Program-made: the position numbers and the translations under genes
The notes under the pieces: model-generated
What the model saw: only the letters and a program-made list of their open reading frames with translations
Database searches by the model: none
What the model was told of the DNA's origin: nothing
DNA from: Polymyxa betae A26-41
Taxonomy: Eukaryota > Protista > Endomyxa: Phytomyxea
Assembly (NCBI GenBank): GCA_003693705.1
Contig: RBZT01000820.1
Coordinates: 1-57,187, forward strand
Direction of reading: 5' to 3'
DNA: 57,187 nucleotides
Shown here: piece after piece, positions 12,376 through 24,787 of the stretch
How positions within the stretch are numbered: position 1 is the stretch's first letter
Layout of the letters: each line of letters starts with the position of its first letter

Positions 12376-15218
12376 ATGATCGTCCAGAGCCCCAATGAGA
12401 TCGCTAATGAACTCGCCAAGCTTAATAAAGACGCTCGCCTGCGTCGGCTGAAAGGTAATTCTGGCAGAAGATATGATTCAGGACTGTCTTTTTAAGCTGG
12501 CGTAGCGGTTCGTTCTGCAGCATCACGTGTCCAGCAGCAACGCCTATCGTCATTTCGAAAGCATTTCGAAAGCGAGAAGATGGTGGTAGAAGAGGCGGCC
12601 CAGATTCAGAGAGCCCGCATCACGCTCTCTGATATATCGGGGTTGGAAGATGAGCTGCGGTTGGCGTTAACTCAGATGGGTGCTGCTCATCAGAACGCTT
12701 TGACATCCAATGCTCAATTAACTGAAGTATCGTCTTCGCCTGTATGAAACTTCGTCGAGGATATCTGATGGTTTCTAGAAAATGTTACGGGAGAACGAAT
12801 CGTTTAAAGCGCACGTCACGATGTCCAATTTACGGTTCGAAGCCGCCATCGAGCTCATTCGAGCATTCCGTCATCAACAACAGATTCTGAGATCAGCACC
12901 GGTATGGTTCCGTAACTGAAGCAGCACATTTCCAATGTGCCTTTGTCAGGCGGAACAGCGAATGATCGCGTTCCTACGTGCCAAAGAGCTGCTGAAAAAG
13001 ATTGCATCGATCAATGAAAGGGCAAGATTGCGATATAAAAATTTGGTTCCCTGCCATCCATACGACTCAATCCATGAGCTCACGTAAGTTAACTATTTCT
13101 TCTGTATTCTGCTAGCTGATGTTCCACATAGGCCTGCTGGTCCCATCGATTTCAGAGTTACGCGAATTCATGTTGATGCGACTGGTGTCGATGCTGCTTC
13201 GCAAGCTCGTATTGAGGATGAGCGTCATCACCAACGCTTGGAGCAGACAGAGGCAGGCATCTGGAATCTGTCGATATTACGTGATGACATGGTATTGCAG
13301 ATTTTGAGAAGAAGACAATCGCAAGCTGCCGAATGTCGAGCTGAAATAGCGACTGATGCAGTTCATTCGCGAAGAATGGCTGCTGAGGTTAAGACGTCTT
13401 TGCGCGACGCTGTTGTTCAGGATCGACAAAGGAAGCTGCGGATCGTCAAACAGCGAAGCTCTCTTCCGCCTCGACCTAAGCAATCCCAAATCAAGGTTGA
13501 AAAATCGAAGTCGTGTTTCTTTGCAAAAAAATCTCATGACTTCTCAGAGGGCTTTTGAAACTGCAATGCCGGAGCTTCAAGCAGTTCAACGTGAACAGCA
13601 GATCAGAATAGCTCAGCGAAGACTACAGCAGCGCTCAAAGGTGGCGTCTGATTCTAGTAATGTTCTACGAACGGATTCACCTGATGATCTTCTGGAGCGT
13701 TTCGCGGGGTCCGAAGACGCTGCTGTTATTCCCAATAGCTTATTCAGGAACATCATCAACGTTTTCGATGATAACGATGCCGAGGAGCGTAAGGAGCAAG
13801 ATCCGATTCCTACTGATCATCATGGCCAGAGATCGTCGCCCGATGCTCAACGCTCTCAGGATGCTGAAGAAAGTCGCAGCCGTCCAGAGCCTGTCGTTCA
13901 GGAAGAAAAGACGAATCTCGCTCCAACTTCAGAACCGGAGATCTCTCATGAACCAAAGGATAGCCCATCTCCTGAGAGGTTCGAAGAGCGTCGCTCCGTT
14001 GCATTCAGCATCAGCTTTGACGGAGACATATCGCCTCCAAGACCAAAGCGCCGGACTCGGTCGCCCGACTCTTCATCTGCATCGACGCCTACGCCGGAAC
14101 CAACGCAGCCTGAGATCCAGCAGACGACCCAGAATCCAGCCGAACCCATCTTCACCACCCCTGCATTGCCGCCATCAGAGCCCATCCATACTGAGCCTCT
14201 TGCACCCCCTGCTCCAACAGATCCATCTGGGCCAAATCCAGCTGGGTCTTCGCAATTATCTACTCAGCATACTACTTTCAGCCGGTCACCAAGCCCCCCA
14301 AGCGAACCAGACATCTTAGTACCCTCACCAGAAAATGATGATGGAAAGGAGGCTGTTGTATCAGATCGTTCAGAATCTGTCTCGCCCATTAGAGCATCTG
14401 GTGACGAGTTGAAACCAATCATCGATTCGCCGGAGGCTGAACCCGTCTCAGCACCATCTCCTGCTATTTCGTCTGCCGCTCATGAGTTGGCGAACAGTTT
14501 CGGTGTGGATATTGGCCTGATGCCTTCAGTCGACCTCTCTATGGACGATCTCACTGAACTGGATCGCCGTGCTGAAGAACTTCTTCGCAGTCATATCCCG
14601 ACCACTCCACAACTGTTGGCGTTATCTCCCGATTCTGATCCGACCTCATTCGATTTCCGATTGGATGAAGACGGTGACGACTATGCAATTCAACTGCTTG
14701 GGGTCGATAGCGAAGAACTCGCTTCATCATTTGCTCAAACATTGGATGAAACTTTGGAATTTTTACGCCAATCCAGACAAGAGATTGATAACCTACGTAG
14801 TGAAGTTGGACATCAATCACACGGTCAAGACCGCCAAGCAGGCTCCGTTGAGGGTCCTAGTTCCAATCCAATATCTCCTAGCTCAGTAGACGTGCAGTCG
14901 AGGAGAATCATAACAATAATTGAAGATGAGAGCGTGCCTTCAAGACCGGCAACTCCAGATGCTACACCAGAAAGTGACAGTCATGATGCATCGAGGGAGC
15001 AACCAAGGGCTGATGACGAAGTTCGTGATGATCAATCCGGTGCTATAGATGAGCCAGATCTCAGCACAAGCGCGCTATCTAGCGAACGAACAACAGATGA
15101 TGACCGGTCATCTTCCCTTCAAGAGCAGTTTCGCGCCAATGTTGCCCTTATTGGGCGAATTGAACAACGGCGAGCTGAGGTCCGGCGATGGCGTCAGTCA
15201 AGACCATCGTCATTGTGA
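12376..15218 (+). CDS. CEP295/KIAA1731 (Ana1)-like centriolar protein, multi-exon
   Basis: Spliced N-terminus MIVQSPNE..ARLRRLKAVR..LRLALTQMGAAHQNAL..SNLRFEAAI..VDAASQARIEDER..QDRQRKLRIV..RAFE parallels the CEP295 N-terminal domain as recalled (SPNE, RKLRLLQVR, LRSMGEGHRQA, DLRHKEAL, EDLARRRQ, FAFE). A long disordered Pro/Ser/acidic tail follows (ORF 13356-15218). Confidence 0.7.
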
Positions 15219-15322
15219 ATCAATAAAAATAAGTAAAATCTATTCTATAACGTTGAGATATTGAGGCTTAATCAAGTCGTTGACCAACACGTTAATCACA
15301 GCTTATACAGTATTACACAATA

Positions 15323-15703
15323 TTAATTTATGGATTCGTTGTAGTCGCTTCTGATAGTGGCCCTATAACTGTCCAGAAACTCCACAAGAACGTCAGCATA
15401 GTCGTCGAAGCCCAGATTACGCAGCGCCAAGATCACGTCCCTTGATTTGAGCATTTTACGCTCATCTGCCAGCATAAGATCCTTGGCCTCTCCGGTGACG
15501 AAACCGATAAACTCGCGAAGACATTCTTGCATTTGACGAACAGCCGCAGCACTGGCCGCAATCTGATCGCGAACACTGCGTTTCATGGCTCGCATGACGT
15601 TGCAGGCGGGTAGATATACATCGGACTCTTTTACAGGAATACGCCCATCAATCCGGGGCCTGGTTCTGGACCGATCTGTGGATGACATCAAATAGACCGC
15701 CAT
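15323..15703 (-). CDS. Divergent NF-YB/DR1-type histone-fold protein, intronless
   Basis: YLPACNVMRAMK..MQECLREFIGFVTGEA..ERKMLKSRDVILALRNLGFDDY matches the NF-YB core pattern LPIANVARIMK..QECVSEFISFITSEA..KRKTINGEDIL..LGF. Confidence 0.88.
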   Translation of the reverse strand: MAVYLMSSTDRSRTRPRIDGRIPVKESDVYLPACNVMRAMKRSVRDQIAASAAAVRQMQECLREFIGFVTGEAKDLMLADERKMLKSRDVILALRNLGFDDYADVLVEFLDSYRATIRSDYNESIN

Positions 15704-15838
15704 TTTATGCGGATTGCGACGTTCGGCCCCGCGCTTGGCCACGCATCGAGCCTGGTTCTAAAATTTAAATTTGAATTCGTTCCGAGCTACTGAGGTACAG
15801 GGAGAGGCGAAGAAGAAGTAGCAGTATAATATTGCATG

Positions 15839-18800
15839 CTATATTACTGAGAAAAGTTCCGAAGTGATCACAGGAGAACATCTGGGAAAGCCAACAGCCA
15901 TCGAGATCAAAGCAGGAGCAAGAGAACGCCGAAAATCATGGTTCCGTGTGATATCGTCTCTAGAAGGATTCACAATGCGCAGGATTCTTCTGTTAACCGA
16001 ATCGACGCTCATATCGTCGTAGCTTTCCAATGCTTTCGGTAAAGATCCGGCCAGAGTTCGAATATCACCGGCTAGCAACGGATGCACCCAGGCAGTAACT
16101 GCGATGACGACAGCCCTTAAAGCAAGCGATGGATCGCCTGCGGCAGCCATCAAATCAAACAGATCCAAAATCCAGGTTAAGCGACGAGCCATCGGGAACG
16201 ATTCTGCACAGACTTGAGCGAATTTGTCAATGAGAGCCGGTCGTAGAGCCTGCGGGCCGACAACAAACGCACGTGTCGCAATCAACGCATTCAGGCGAAG
16301 GATATTCTTGCGAACCAATTCGAAACGGGTTAAAATAGAGATTTCGTCATCTACAGGCAATAGTGATTCGATCAGTTCAGGTTCTAATACAGTGAAGCAA
16401 CCAGCATAGCGCGGTATATCGGTAACCAGACAACGAAGGCGAGCGCTGCCCAACAGCTGAATTACACCATCGCGGATTGTCTGATCAACGGCGCTCTCTA
16501 AGACACCACGTAGGCCCGGTAGCAGAAACTCAACGTTCGGTATCGATGACGAGCTGAGCAATGCGATAACCGAATCAGGGTCGATACAGTTGGCAACTTC
16601 CTTTAGACCAGTTAGCAGAACACGCTGAATGCAGACGGGTTGGCCATTTAAATTGCCTATCAGAGCGGCAATAGATCGTTTCAGCGTATTATCATAAGAA
16701 GCCTGCCAGAGCATTAGCTTTACTATGGCAGTTCTCAAGGCCAGAGTCGATCTAAAACAGTTTTAAGAAAAATCAGAAGATGACATTGAGGTAGGATTAT
16801 TACATGGATGAATCATTAGCTGTAGCTTCAAGTAGAGATGATAACGCAGTAACAGGTAATGGAATACGAACAGAAGACCCATAACGTCGAATCTCGGAAA
16901 TGGATCGAATGAGAAACGATAGAGCGCTGTTAGTTGAAGCAGATCGACGCTCGATATGATCACAGATGATACGCAAGAGCGAACCTGGAGCAAAGACACG
17001 ATGAGAGTCCAAAGCACGAGTTGTTGACGATGCCGCAGTTCCCAAAAGCACCAGACAAAGCGCTGAAGCAGATGCAACCTATTCGATCATTACAAGATGA
17101 TTTCAGCGAGAATTAGAAAAACGAATTCGAAAGTTAGTGAGCTCCAAAATGGCCGAACCTCATTCGAGCAGTATGCATTTGTCGTGAATAGAGTTAGAGA
17201 GCGAGAGAATACTTCGATGATGTTGGCGGTGAAATCGGCATCACTGCATAAGTCTGTCGGCAATCGAGCACCTTGAAATGGCATGGACACATCGATACCA
17301 AGCAGTGCAACGAAACCAACAATAGCGGAAGCAGCGGTCACGGGTTGAGAATCTGGTTCTAAACGATACAATGAGCATAGCAGGGCGGAGTACAGCAAAG
17401 CAGCCTACGAGAGATTAGTTCGACGAGACGGCTGCCGAGCTGTTGGGGCGCATTCTTCGGCAGATGAACGTAATTCGAAGCGTATCGTAGAGTGATTAGC
17501 AGCATTGAAGAGGCAGTTAAGGAGCCAGGTAATGGACACGGTCTCTTCATTTCGTCGATGTAAACGTCAACAACATGCGAGAGTTTGTCAGCTCCAATCA
17601 CGCCCATAGAAAACAACCTGAACGACAGCGCTCCCAAGCAATGCAGAGACGCTATGAAACATACAATGAATACAGCTACTAATTCAGCGCCTTGACTTAC
17701 AATTGCGGGTGACGCCAAACCGTGATTTCTCCAATAGATTCTCATGAACAGCGATCAAGCGATCAGGGGCGATTACACGAACAAGGACGGGCCACATTAA
17801 GGACAGCGTGATGGCGGCTGCTGTCGTCAGAATTCCGTCATTGCTTGACGACTCGAAATATCCATAAACAACATCAAATGCTTCCTGTAGCAGCACAGCA
17901 GCTTCAGTTGCCTCATCTTCGTCTTTAAGATACTCGCTCAAAGCGATAGCGATGGATATGCAAGCAGCCGTTGAGATCCGATCGTCGTGACACGATCGGA
18001 ATGTTTCGAACAGAAGTCTAAAAGCGCCCGAACGTCTGTCTGTATCTGTCGGATGCAAAGCCGCGACAGAGGCGCCGAGAGCGATCAACGCTGTCGGACG
18101 TGTGGTCTGCAGTAAAGCGTTCTTGGTATCGCAGGCCACAGATAAGATCTCGGCGTGGAGACGCGAAGCAATATCAGAATGACCCCAAGCGCAAGCCTTA
18201 AGTGCCAATCCGGCTTTGGCAAAGAGGATATTCCCGCGAATTCGACTATCGCCTAAATCTATGAAGGAAATGTTGGTGGGACAATAATAAAGACCCTTTC
18301 GATTTGGTACCAAGATTTTGAAGTGCTTCCTCAATATGATTGAAGACTGAAAGATACAGCGAATTTCCAGTCAAGTCGGAATCGCGTTTCTGGCGCAGAA
18401 CATCAGAGACGAACTTGTCCATATAGCGAGTCCAAGCAGCAGGCAGGGCGAAACTCATGAAAATTTCGGTCGCAGAGGATAGAATGGGTGCAGTGACACA
18501 AGCGACCAGTTCAGATAATGTCGTCTGCTGTCGTCCGCCAATCAATGCAGAGATGGCGAAAATGTCACGAACCGATGGGCGTTCGTTTTCACGCCATTGC
18601 TTCACGACATTATTCGAGGCCTGTTTGACGATCATCGGAAAAGTAACGGTGAACGCATCCATCTCGTTCTGCGAGGGGTCTTTCTTCGAGGTGGCCGAGC
18701 TGTGCTGGAATTGCAACGTGCAGACAGCCCCTACGAAACGCTCCAGTACGACTCGAACCTGACCCGATCGTTCGTCTTGAAGACGAACAACCAGCTCGCG

Positions 18801-20813
18801 AGTCACTTCCGAATCAGAGAAGAATCGGGCCACATAGTTCGGTGTGATTTTGTCCAAGCTGCGCACAACAAGGACGGTCAGCGACTCATAAGCTGTCGAA
18901 CGAAGCGCCGCCGATAATGATGTCGTCAGCGACGATTGCTGCCAGAGCCAGCTAAGCATTATAGATGAAAGACCGTCGTCATCGTTCCCTTCGACATCAT
19001 CACACTCAAGTAAGCGGAACAACTGCTTGAGAGCGATCGGGTTCCTTCCCACACAGAACTGGCGAAGGCCACGATCCTCTAACAGCTGATAGGCGACATG
19101 TAGATCGAGTTCGCCCTGGACGCAAAGCTCCCGAAGAGCTTCAATCGATAAAGCGATGGTGATCGTATCTTTATCGTAGAGCAGCGTTTGCAGTAAAGGT
19201 ACCAAAGTCAAAGCCTCGGTCGGGCTCTGTCTGCAGATCTCAATTATACTGGCAGCAACAGCACGCTTGACAGCGACCGTATTGGTTTGAGAGCGAGTCT
19301 CGAGCAGGATTTGTTGTAATCGCGAGAACGAACGAGGCTCGACAAGCCAGAGTAGCGACAGAAGGCGTATGGAGAGCGCCCGAAGCTGCTGATGCTGTGT
19401 TAATGGAAGAATAATACGTAAGACCCGGGTTAGGCCTGTAGGACTTCGTGCTATACATGGTAATGCATAGAGGAGCTCGATGCGAACAGCACCATCACGA
19501 TCGTTACGTAGTCGGTAAAGCATCGTAGAAAACAGCGGCAGATATTCGAACACGCACGTTTTCGTTAAATCCTGCATCCATCGTGCTGCCGATTGAATAA
19601 CTTTCGAACTGGCTCCAATTAGAACAGTATCGATAATAAAGCGGGAGGCACGAAGATCGTATTCCGATTGGCATGGTTGCTTTGCACATTCACGAACAAA
19701 TTGGCCGAGTTTGGGCCAGGCAGACACAAGCATGTTGAAGACATGAAGAATGCCCGATACAGCCTCAAGATTCCACGAATCGATAAATGTCTTGGATGGC
19801 AGTTCATACGGCGATCCAGAAGCGACAGGACGATTTCGGTTTTGCTGTAAATCTTCAAACAGCTTCGAGGCCCGCGAAAGAGCATTCGGCCATTGAGTAA
19901 CAGAGGACAGAATCTCAAGTAAGGGTGGCAACAGGCTTGTCACAGCAACATGAAATTCGATGCCGACCTCAATCTGGTCAAGCGAATGCAGGCAAACGAA
20001 GACCGTTTCCAGAAGGTATCGCAACTCTCGTTCGGTTTGTAGGCCGGCATGAAAGCGCAACACCCAGGAGAGAACAACAAGAATGCGAACATCATTGGCC
20101 AGAGCGACATCAAACGAGAACATGAACAGTAGCACCCGGCAGGCTGGAGCAATCGCCTCCTCGCTACATAATCGGTTCAGGACGATGCCAATCAGCTGTG
20201 ACGCCAACTCCATGTATGCATCGGCGCCAAAAAAGTTGACGTCGAGATCGAATATAGCATCGACTAGTTCCATGGTCCCTTCGTCATGAAATGTGGCGAC
20301 GAAACCCGGATGCAAAGACGTATATGAAGCAGCACGCATCGTATTATGAACATCCAAAAGCAATCTTAACGTCACCAGCGCCAATTCAGGGCGCGATTTA
20401 GCGAACAGCACCAATCGGCTGTGCAAATCAGTCCATAACGGAGCGAATTTCTCGTCTTGAAATAAGAACCGCAAAAGCGGCCTGATGCGATCCAGATCTC
20501 GAGTATATAATAAAGCATCGCTAATTAAGTGGCGATAAGCATCAGGACGAACAAGGAGCGCTCGTTGTAAAGCATCGGTGGTTACGGGCGTCAGGTCAGT
20601 AGAGACGCTAACGACGATATTAACGAGCATTCGGCAGCATGTTAAGGTCGGCCCCGATCCGGCCATATCGCCCAATAACGCCTGGACGGCGGCATCACAG
20701 ACGCTGGACGACCCGCCCGCCGCCCGGCACCGCTTCACATGGTCTTCGGCACTACGAACCTGAGACGCTACAACCTGTCTATCAGCATTGATTGGCAGCC
20801 AGGTGTGGGCCAT
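15839..20813 (-). CDS. Focadhesin/RST1 (DUF3730) ARM-repeat protein, multi-exon
   Basis: LLYALPCIA..VLRIILPL..LRALSIRLLSLLWLVEPRSFSRLQ..AVAASIIEICRQSP..ALSIEALRELC..LDLHVAY matches the focadhesin/RST1 core. Exon chain runs through ORFs 18246-20858, 17684-18334, 17359-17745, 17090-17398, 16800-17051 and 15839-16738. Confidence 0.8.
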
Positions 20814-21568
20814 TATAGCCTGGCCTAAACCTGGGCATTTGCTGTGATAAAGGCGCACTCCGAGCTGACATCATACACGATCTCACTCCACGATTCCATC
20901 GTTAGACGGCTTCTTTTGCAACGTTGCAGGCAAGAATCATGGTGGCTAATTGGACTGGCAACAGCATTGCAGATTCCCACAAGCGGAATAGCTTGGAAGT
21001 TGTTCCAGTACGACTTTACTGCCAGACCATTAATTTCTCGTCCGTTTTCCAGAGTGTTGGAGTCCGATGTTCAGATCTCTCCATGTTGCTTATATTTATG
21101 TGATTCTTTCTTTGATAGCGCTAAACTTCGGCCACAGCGTCGCAATTGTAGGAGCGAGCTGAAACCGTTAACCGACAATGCATCAGCTTATCCAAAAAGC
21201 ATCGTGGTTCTAATGGTAGGGTATTTTAGTGTATAACATTGACTTGAACAACATGGCGAAACATTTTTGTCAGTATCTATTTGTAACAGGATATTAACAA
21301 TTTTCAATAAAAAAGAAAGGTAATCATTTCCCAGTTAACAGCCGATTTGAACCAGGTCAATGCAAGGCTAGATTTTATAAGAAACCTAGCGATAAAGCTG
21401 CAGAGGCTTAGGCGACTTTTGTTAAAAACAAGCTGGACGCTTTGCAAATTCTGTTTAGAAATATATATCGGGAAGCTATTAGGGGATTGGTCGTATAGCA
21501 GCCAGGGATCCTGCGTCGGAGTCCGTCACGGAGTTCCTCTTCCAGAGGTCGTATTCTTTGTAAGCACC

Positions 21569-22018
21569 ATGACGACGACGCTGAAGAAGAACCGCAAGAA
21601 GCGCGGTCACGTCTCTGCCGGTCATGGTCGTGTCGGAAAGCACAGGAAGCATCCTGGTGGTCGTGGTAACGCCGGTGGTCAGCACCACCACCGAATTCTG
21701 ATGGACAAGTACCACCCCGGTTACTTCGGCAAGGTCGGTATGCGATACTTCCACAAGACCAACCAGAAGTACCACTGCCCTATCATCAATGTCGACAAGA
21801 TCTGGTCTCTGGTTTCTTCCCAGACTAAGGAGAAATATGCCGGCGCCGGTGAGACGGACAAGGTCCCCGTCATCGACGTCACCCAGGCCGGTTTCTTCAA
21901 AGTTCTCGGCAAGGGCGCGCTCCCTGAGCAACCTGTCATCGTCAAGGCGAAGTTCTTCAGCAAGAAAGCCGAAGACAAAATTAAGGCCGCTGGTGGCGTT
22001 GCTGTTCTGACTGCCTAA
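21569..22018 (+). CDS. RPL27A: 60S ribosomal protein L27a (uL15), intronless
   Basis: [42 protein letters not shown]...; strong C-ending codon bias. True start is the ATG at 21569, not 21347. Confidence 0.99.
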   Translation: MTTTLKKNRKKRGHVSAGHGRVGKHRKHPGGRGNAGGQHHHRILMDKYHPGYFGKVGMRYFHKTNQKYHCPIINVDKIWSLVSSQTKEKYAGAGETDKVPVIDVTQAGFFKVLGKGALPEQPVIVKAKFFSKKAEDKIKAAGGVAVLTA

Positions 22019-22443
22019 ATCTTAAATACATTATTCGGCTTATGTATCTGTTCATAATGAAAAAATGTGATCTCTTGCAGTATTGAAGATGGGAAGCTGA
22101 CTGGATAAAGCGGACCCCCTCTTGATCATCGAGTGTGGAGTCCTTCAGCTCCAGTTGATCGCTGAATATTCTAAACTTTCCTGGTTTATTACAAACGTTT
22201 TACTGCTCACCTCTCGTCCTTTATCGAAAAGTGACGACGACGATTTTCTGATAGCACTATCGACTTCAAACTTACTCATCTTTGGTTTCGACTTTGGAAA
22301 ACAAGTTACAGTATGTCTATACTTAACGGACTCTTAGAAGAATTCGCTGTAACGCAAACGTTAAAAGCTGTTTTATTCCGATTGGGAAGTCATCATCAAG
22401 ATCGTATGCTCTTTCGGCGAACTATCGGTGCCACCTCAAGGTC

Positions 22444-23936
22444 ATGTCGCTGATACTTGGTGGCCTGTTGAATATCACAGGCTCCATCTCCATGTATGAT
22501 CTAAGTTTCAGCCATTTGCGCTCCTGACCGTTGACGTTAGCAACCTGGGCTCGAATCTCATTAAATACAGCCACTTGGTTGATGACAATAATCCCAATGC
22601 TGTAGCGCGAGCTCGACTACTTCAGAAACTCGAACCGAAATCGATCTGGCGAATCGGAACGGCTGTATTTGCCATTGGAAATGTTCTGAATTTCGTATCT
22701 TTCTCGTTCGGGTCCCAATCGGTTTTATCTGCACTGGGATCCGTTCAGTTCATCTCCAACGTTTTTCTATCAAATCTTCTTTTTCGAGTCGCCATTGATG
22801 CTTACTCGCAGCTGGCGACGTACCTTATCCTAGCTGGAAATGTAACTGTCGTTCTATTCAGTTCCTGGAACCCCAGAACAAACTTCTCCACTGCAGATCT
22901 AGTTCGATTATGGTATCGAACCGCATACTTATGCTATTTGTTAGCTGCAGTCATTATGATTTGTATGTTTCAATTTGGCTATGTCCAGATGGGACGAGCT
23001 CAAGGCAGATACCAAATCCTGCAATCTCGATTATCCAACCCGTAAGAGATCTGCATTCTGTAGGCTGCTTTGTTCAGTAGTGACAGGTTATCGCTACCAA
23101 AAAGCTACAGGGTGGTGAGAGCTGTTTGCTTTTCATTAGTATCTGGAATCATCGGGACACAATCGGTAATGATCGCTGTCTCGCTGTTCTCACTACTGAT
23201 GCGACGTTAGGTTTTGCTGGCGAAATCGGTTTCAGCAATACTGAAGGAAACTTTAGCTGGATCTAACCAACTTGGAAATCCTCTGACTTACGTCATATTG
23301 GTTGCATGGATAGTTGTCCTTGTCTTCTGGGTAATATTGCTCTCGTTGTTATACCATGCTCTCTGATGTCGCATTAAAGCTTACTCGAATGAACACAGCC
23401 TTGACTTTCGACGTGACCTTCATTATTCCACTATTACAAGTGATTTGGTGAGTCTACTGGTAAAATTCTTGACATTTCACCGAATTCCAGTAGGGTGATC
23501 TTCTCGATCGTTTCTGGAGGAATTTATTTTGAGGTAAGAGTATCTTACCTAGATCTTACTTTACCTCCTAATTTGATTGCTTCAGGAGTTTGACGAATTT
23601 GAATCAAATCAGGCAATCCTGTATACAATCGGCGTTGTGATGATTATAACTGGAGTCGTCTTATTGGCCCATGCACGCGTTGATGATGCAAATCTGAAAG
23701 CTGCCAGCAAGTCGATCCCGGAACGACCTGTATTCAGGACACTTTTCAACTTGGACACGATTCTTGCCATTCCTTCGAAAATGCATCAGCATTATAATCC
23801 TGCCAGGTCCGATTATGGCAAAGACACGAACTCTGACAGTCCTGTGGAAAGGCGTCCGAATCTGTCCCCTCATGACGTCCCGATCCAAATGTACGTTCCT
23901 AGCAAGGACCCATTGGACACCGATGTAACATTCTGA
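22444..23936 (+). CDS. NIPA-family magnesium transporter (DMT superfamily), multi-exon
   Basis: GSISI|NLGSNLIKYSH, WRIGTAVFAIGNVLNFVSFSFGSQSVLSALGSVQFISN, VLLAKSVS, FDVTFIIPLLQVIW, SGGIYFEEF; multiple transmembrane segments. Confidence 0.88.
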
Positions 23937-23996
23937 TTTGAACTTATTTATAAGATCACTTTGATAAAATACATACAATACATAGATAAACATGTT

Positions 23997-24611
23997 TCAG
24001 GCTTGTTCTTGCGGATCCTTCAGGAGAGAATTTCGCATTCCGCTGACGACATCCGTGAAGTCCAAGAACGGAGACGTCACTGCGTCTTCATCGACGACAA
24101 AATCGGGTGTCTTCACAGCTTCTTCGAAAATGTTAGCCATTCCATCAACCTTGTCCTGATACCTCATCGAAAATCTTCGGACTATATCTTGAGCCAGCTG
24201 CCTCATCGATTCAACATCCAGTCCGTCTTCGTAGAAAACAGCAGCGACCAGACCGGCATCTTCAGCGCATGACATATTCAGCCCCATGCTTGGGGAAATT
24301 CCCATTGCTGATTTTCTCGACGCTGATCGCGGAGGCGCTGACGATGCGAATCGAGAATGGAACGGCCCCAAACGCGGGCGTTCCGCTCGCTGCGGTTCGT
24401 TGAACGCCACACGAGTGACCTCGGGATCGGCACTATCGATCTCGCGCGCCAGCTGGAAGAAAAACTGCACCAGTCCGCAGACTTTGCTTCGGGTCTGATC
24501 TCCCTTCCATTGTCCCCATGTCTGGCTGAACAAGCATACGCCCGAGCCATGTTCGTAAACGACAACACGTCGTAAACCAACAGCGTCGAGGCCTTCGCTG
24601 CCTCCATTCAT
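23997..24611 (-). CDS. Stand-alone longin-like domain protein, intronless
   Basis: Pattern beta-beta (RRVVVYEHGSGVCLFSQTW), helix (KVCGLVQFFFQLAREID), beta strands (VTRVAF..LNMSCAEDAGLVAAVFYE), helix (ESMRQLAQDIVRRFSMRY), final helix (FLDFTDVV). This is typical longin topology with a low-complexity insert. Confidence 0.6.
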   Translation of the reverse strand: MNGGSEGLDAVGLRRVVVYEHGSGVCLFSQTWGQWKGDQTRSKVCGLVQFFFQLAREIDSADPEVTRVAFNEPQRAERPRLGPFHSRFASSAPPRSASRKSAMGISPSMGLNMSCAEDAGLVAAVFYEDGLDVESMRQLAQDIVRRFSMRYQDKVDGMANIFEEAVKTPDFVVDEDAVTSPFLDFTDVVSGMRNSLLKDPQEQA

Positions 24612-24787
24612 TCTCTATCGCAGGGAGAGCTGTGAACCCACAGCAATCGACATAGCAACCTGACTGCGCAATTTTGTTGAATTGGTCCCACTTGTGTTTA
24701 AACGGTTTCGACTCTGAGCTTGAAGGTCACCTCTCATAATAATGATAACAGAGTACCTGTTCGATCCAAGACAAAGCTTTCAGATTG

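Noticed and set aside
21347-21568. N-terminal extension of RPL27A in the ORF track
   Set aside because: Begins at TTG; homology and codon bias start at the ATG at 21569.
22060-22280. Possible tiny spliced minus-strand gene (MSKFEVDSAIRK..., gtgagc donor)
   Set aside because: Spliced product is only ~34 aa with no recognisable motif; unsupported without RNA data.
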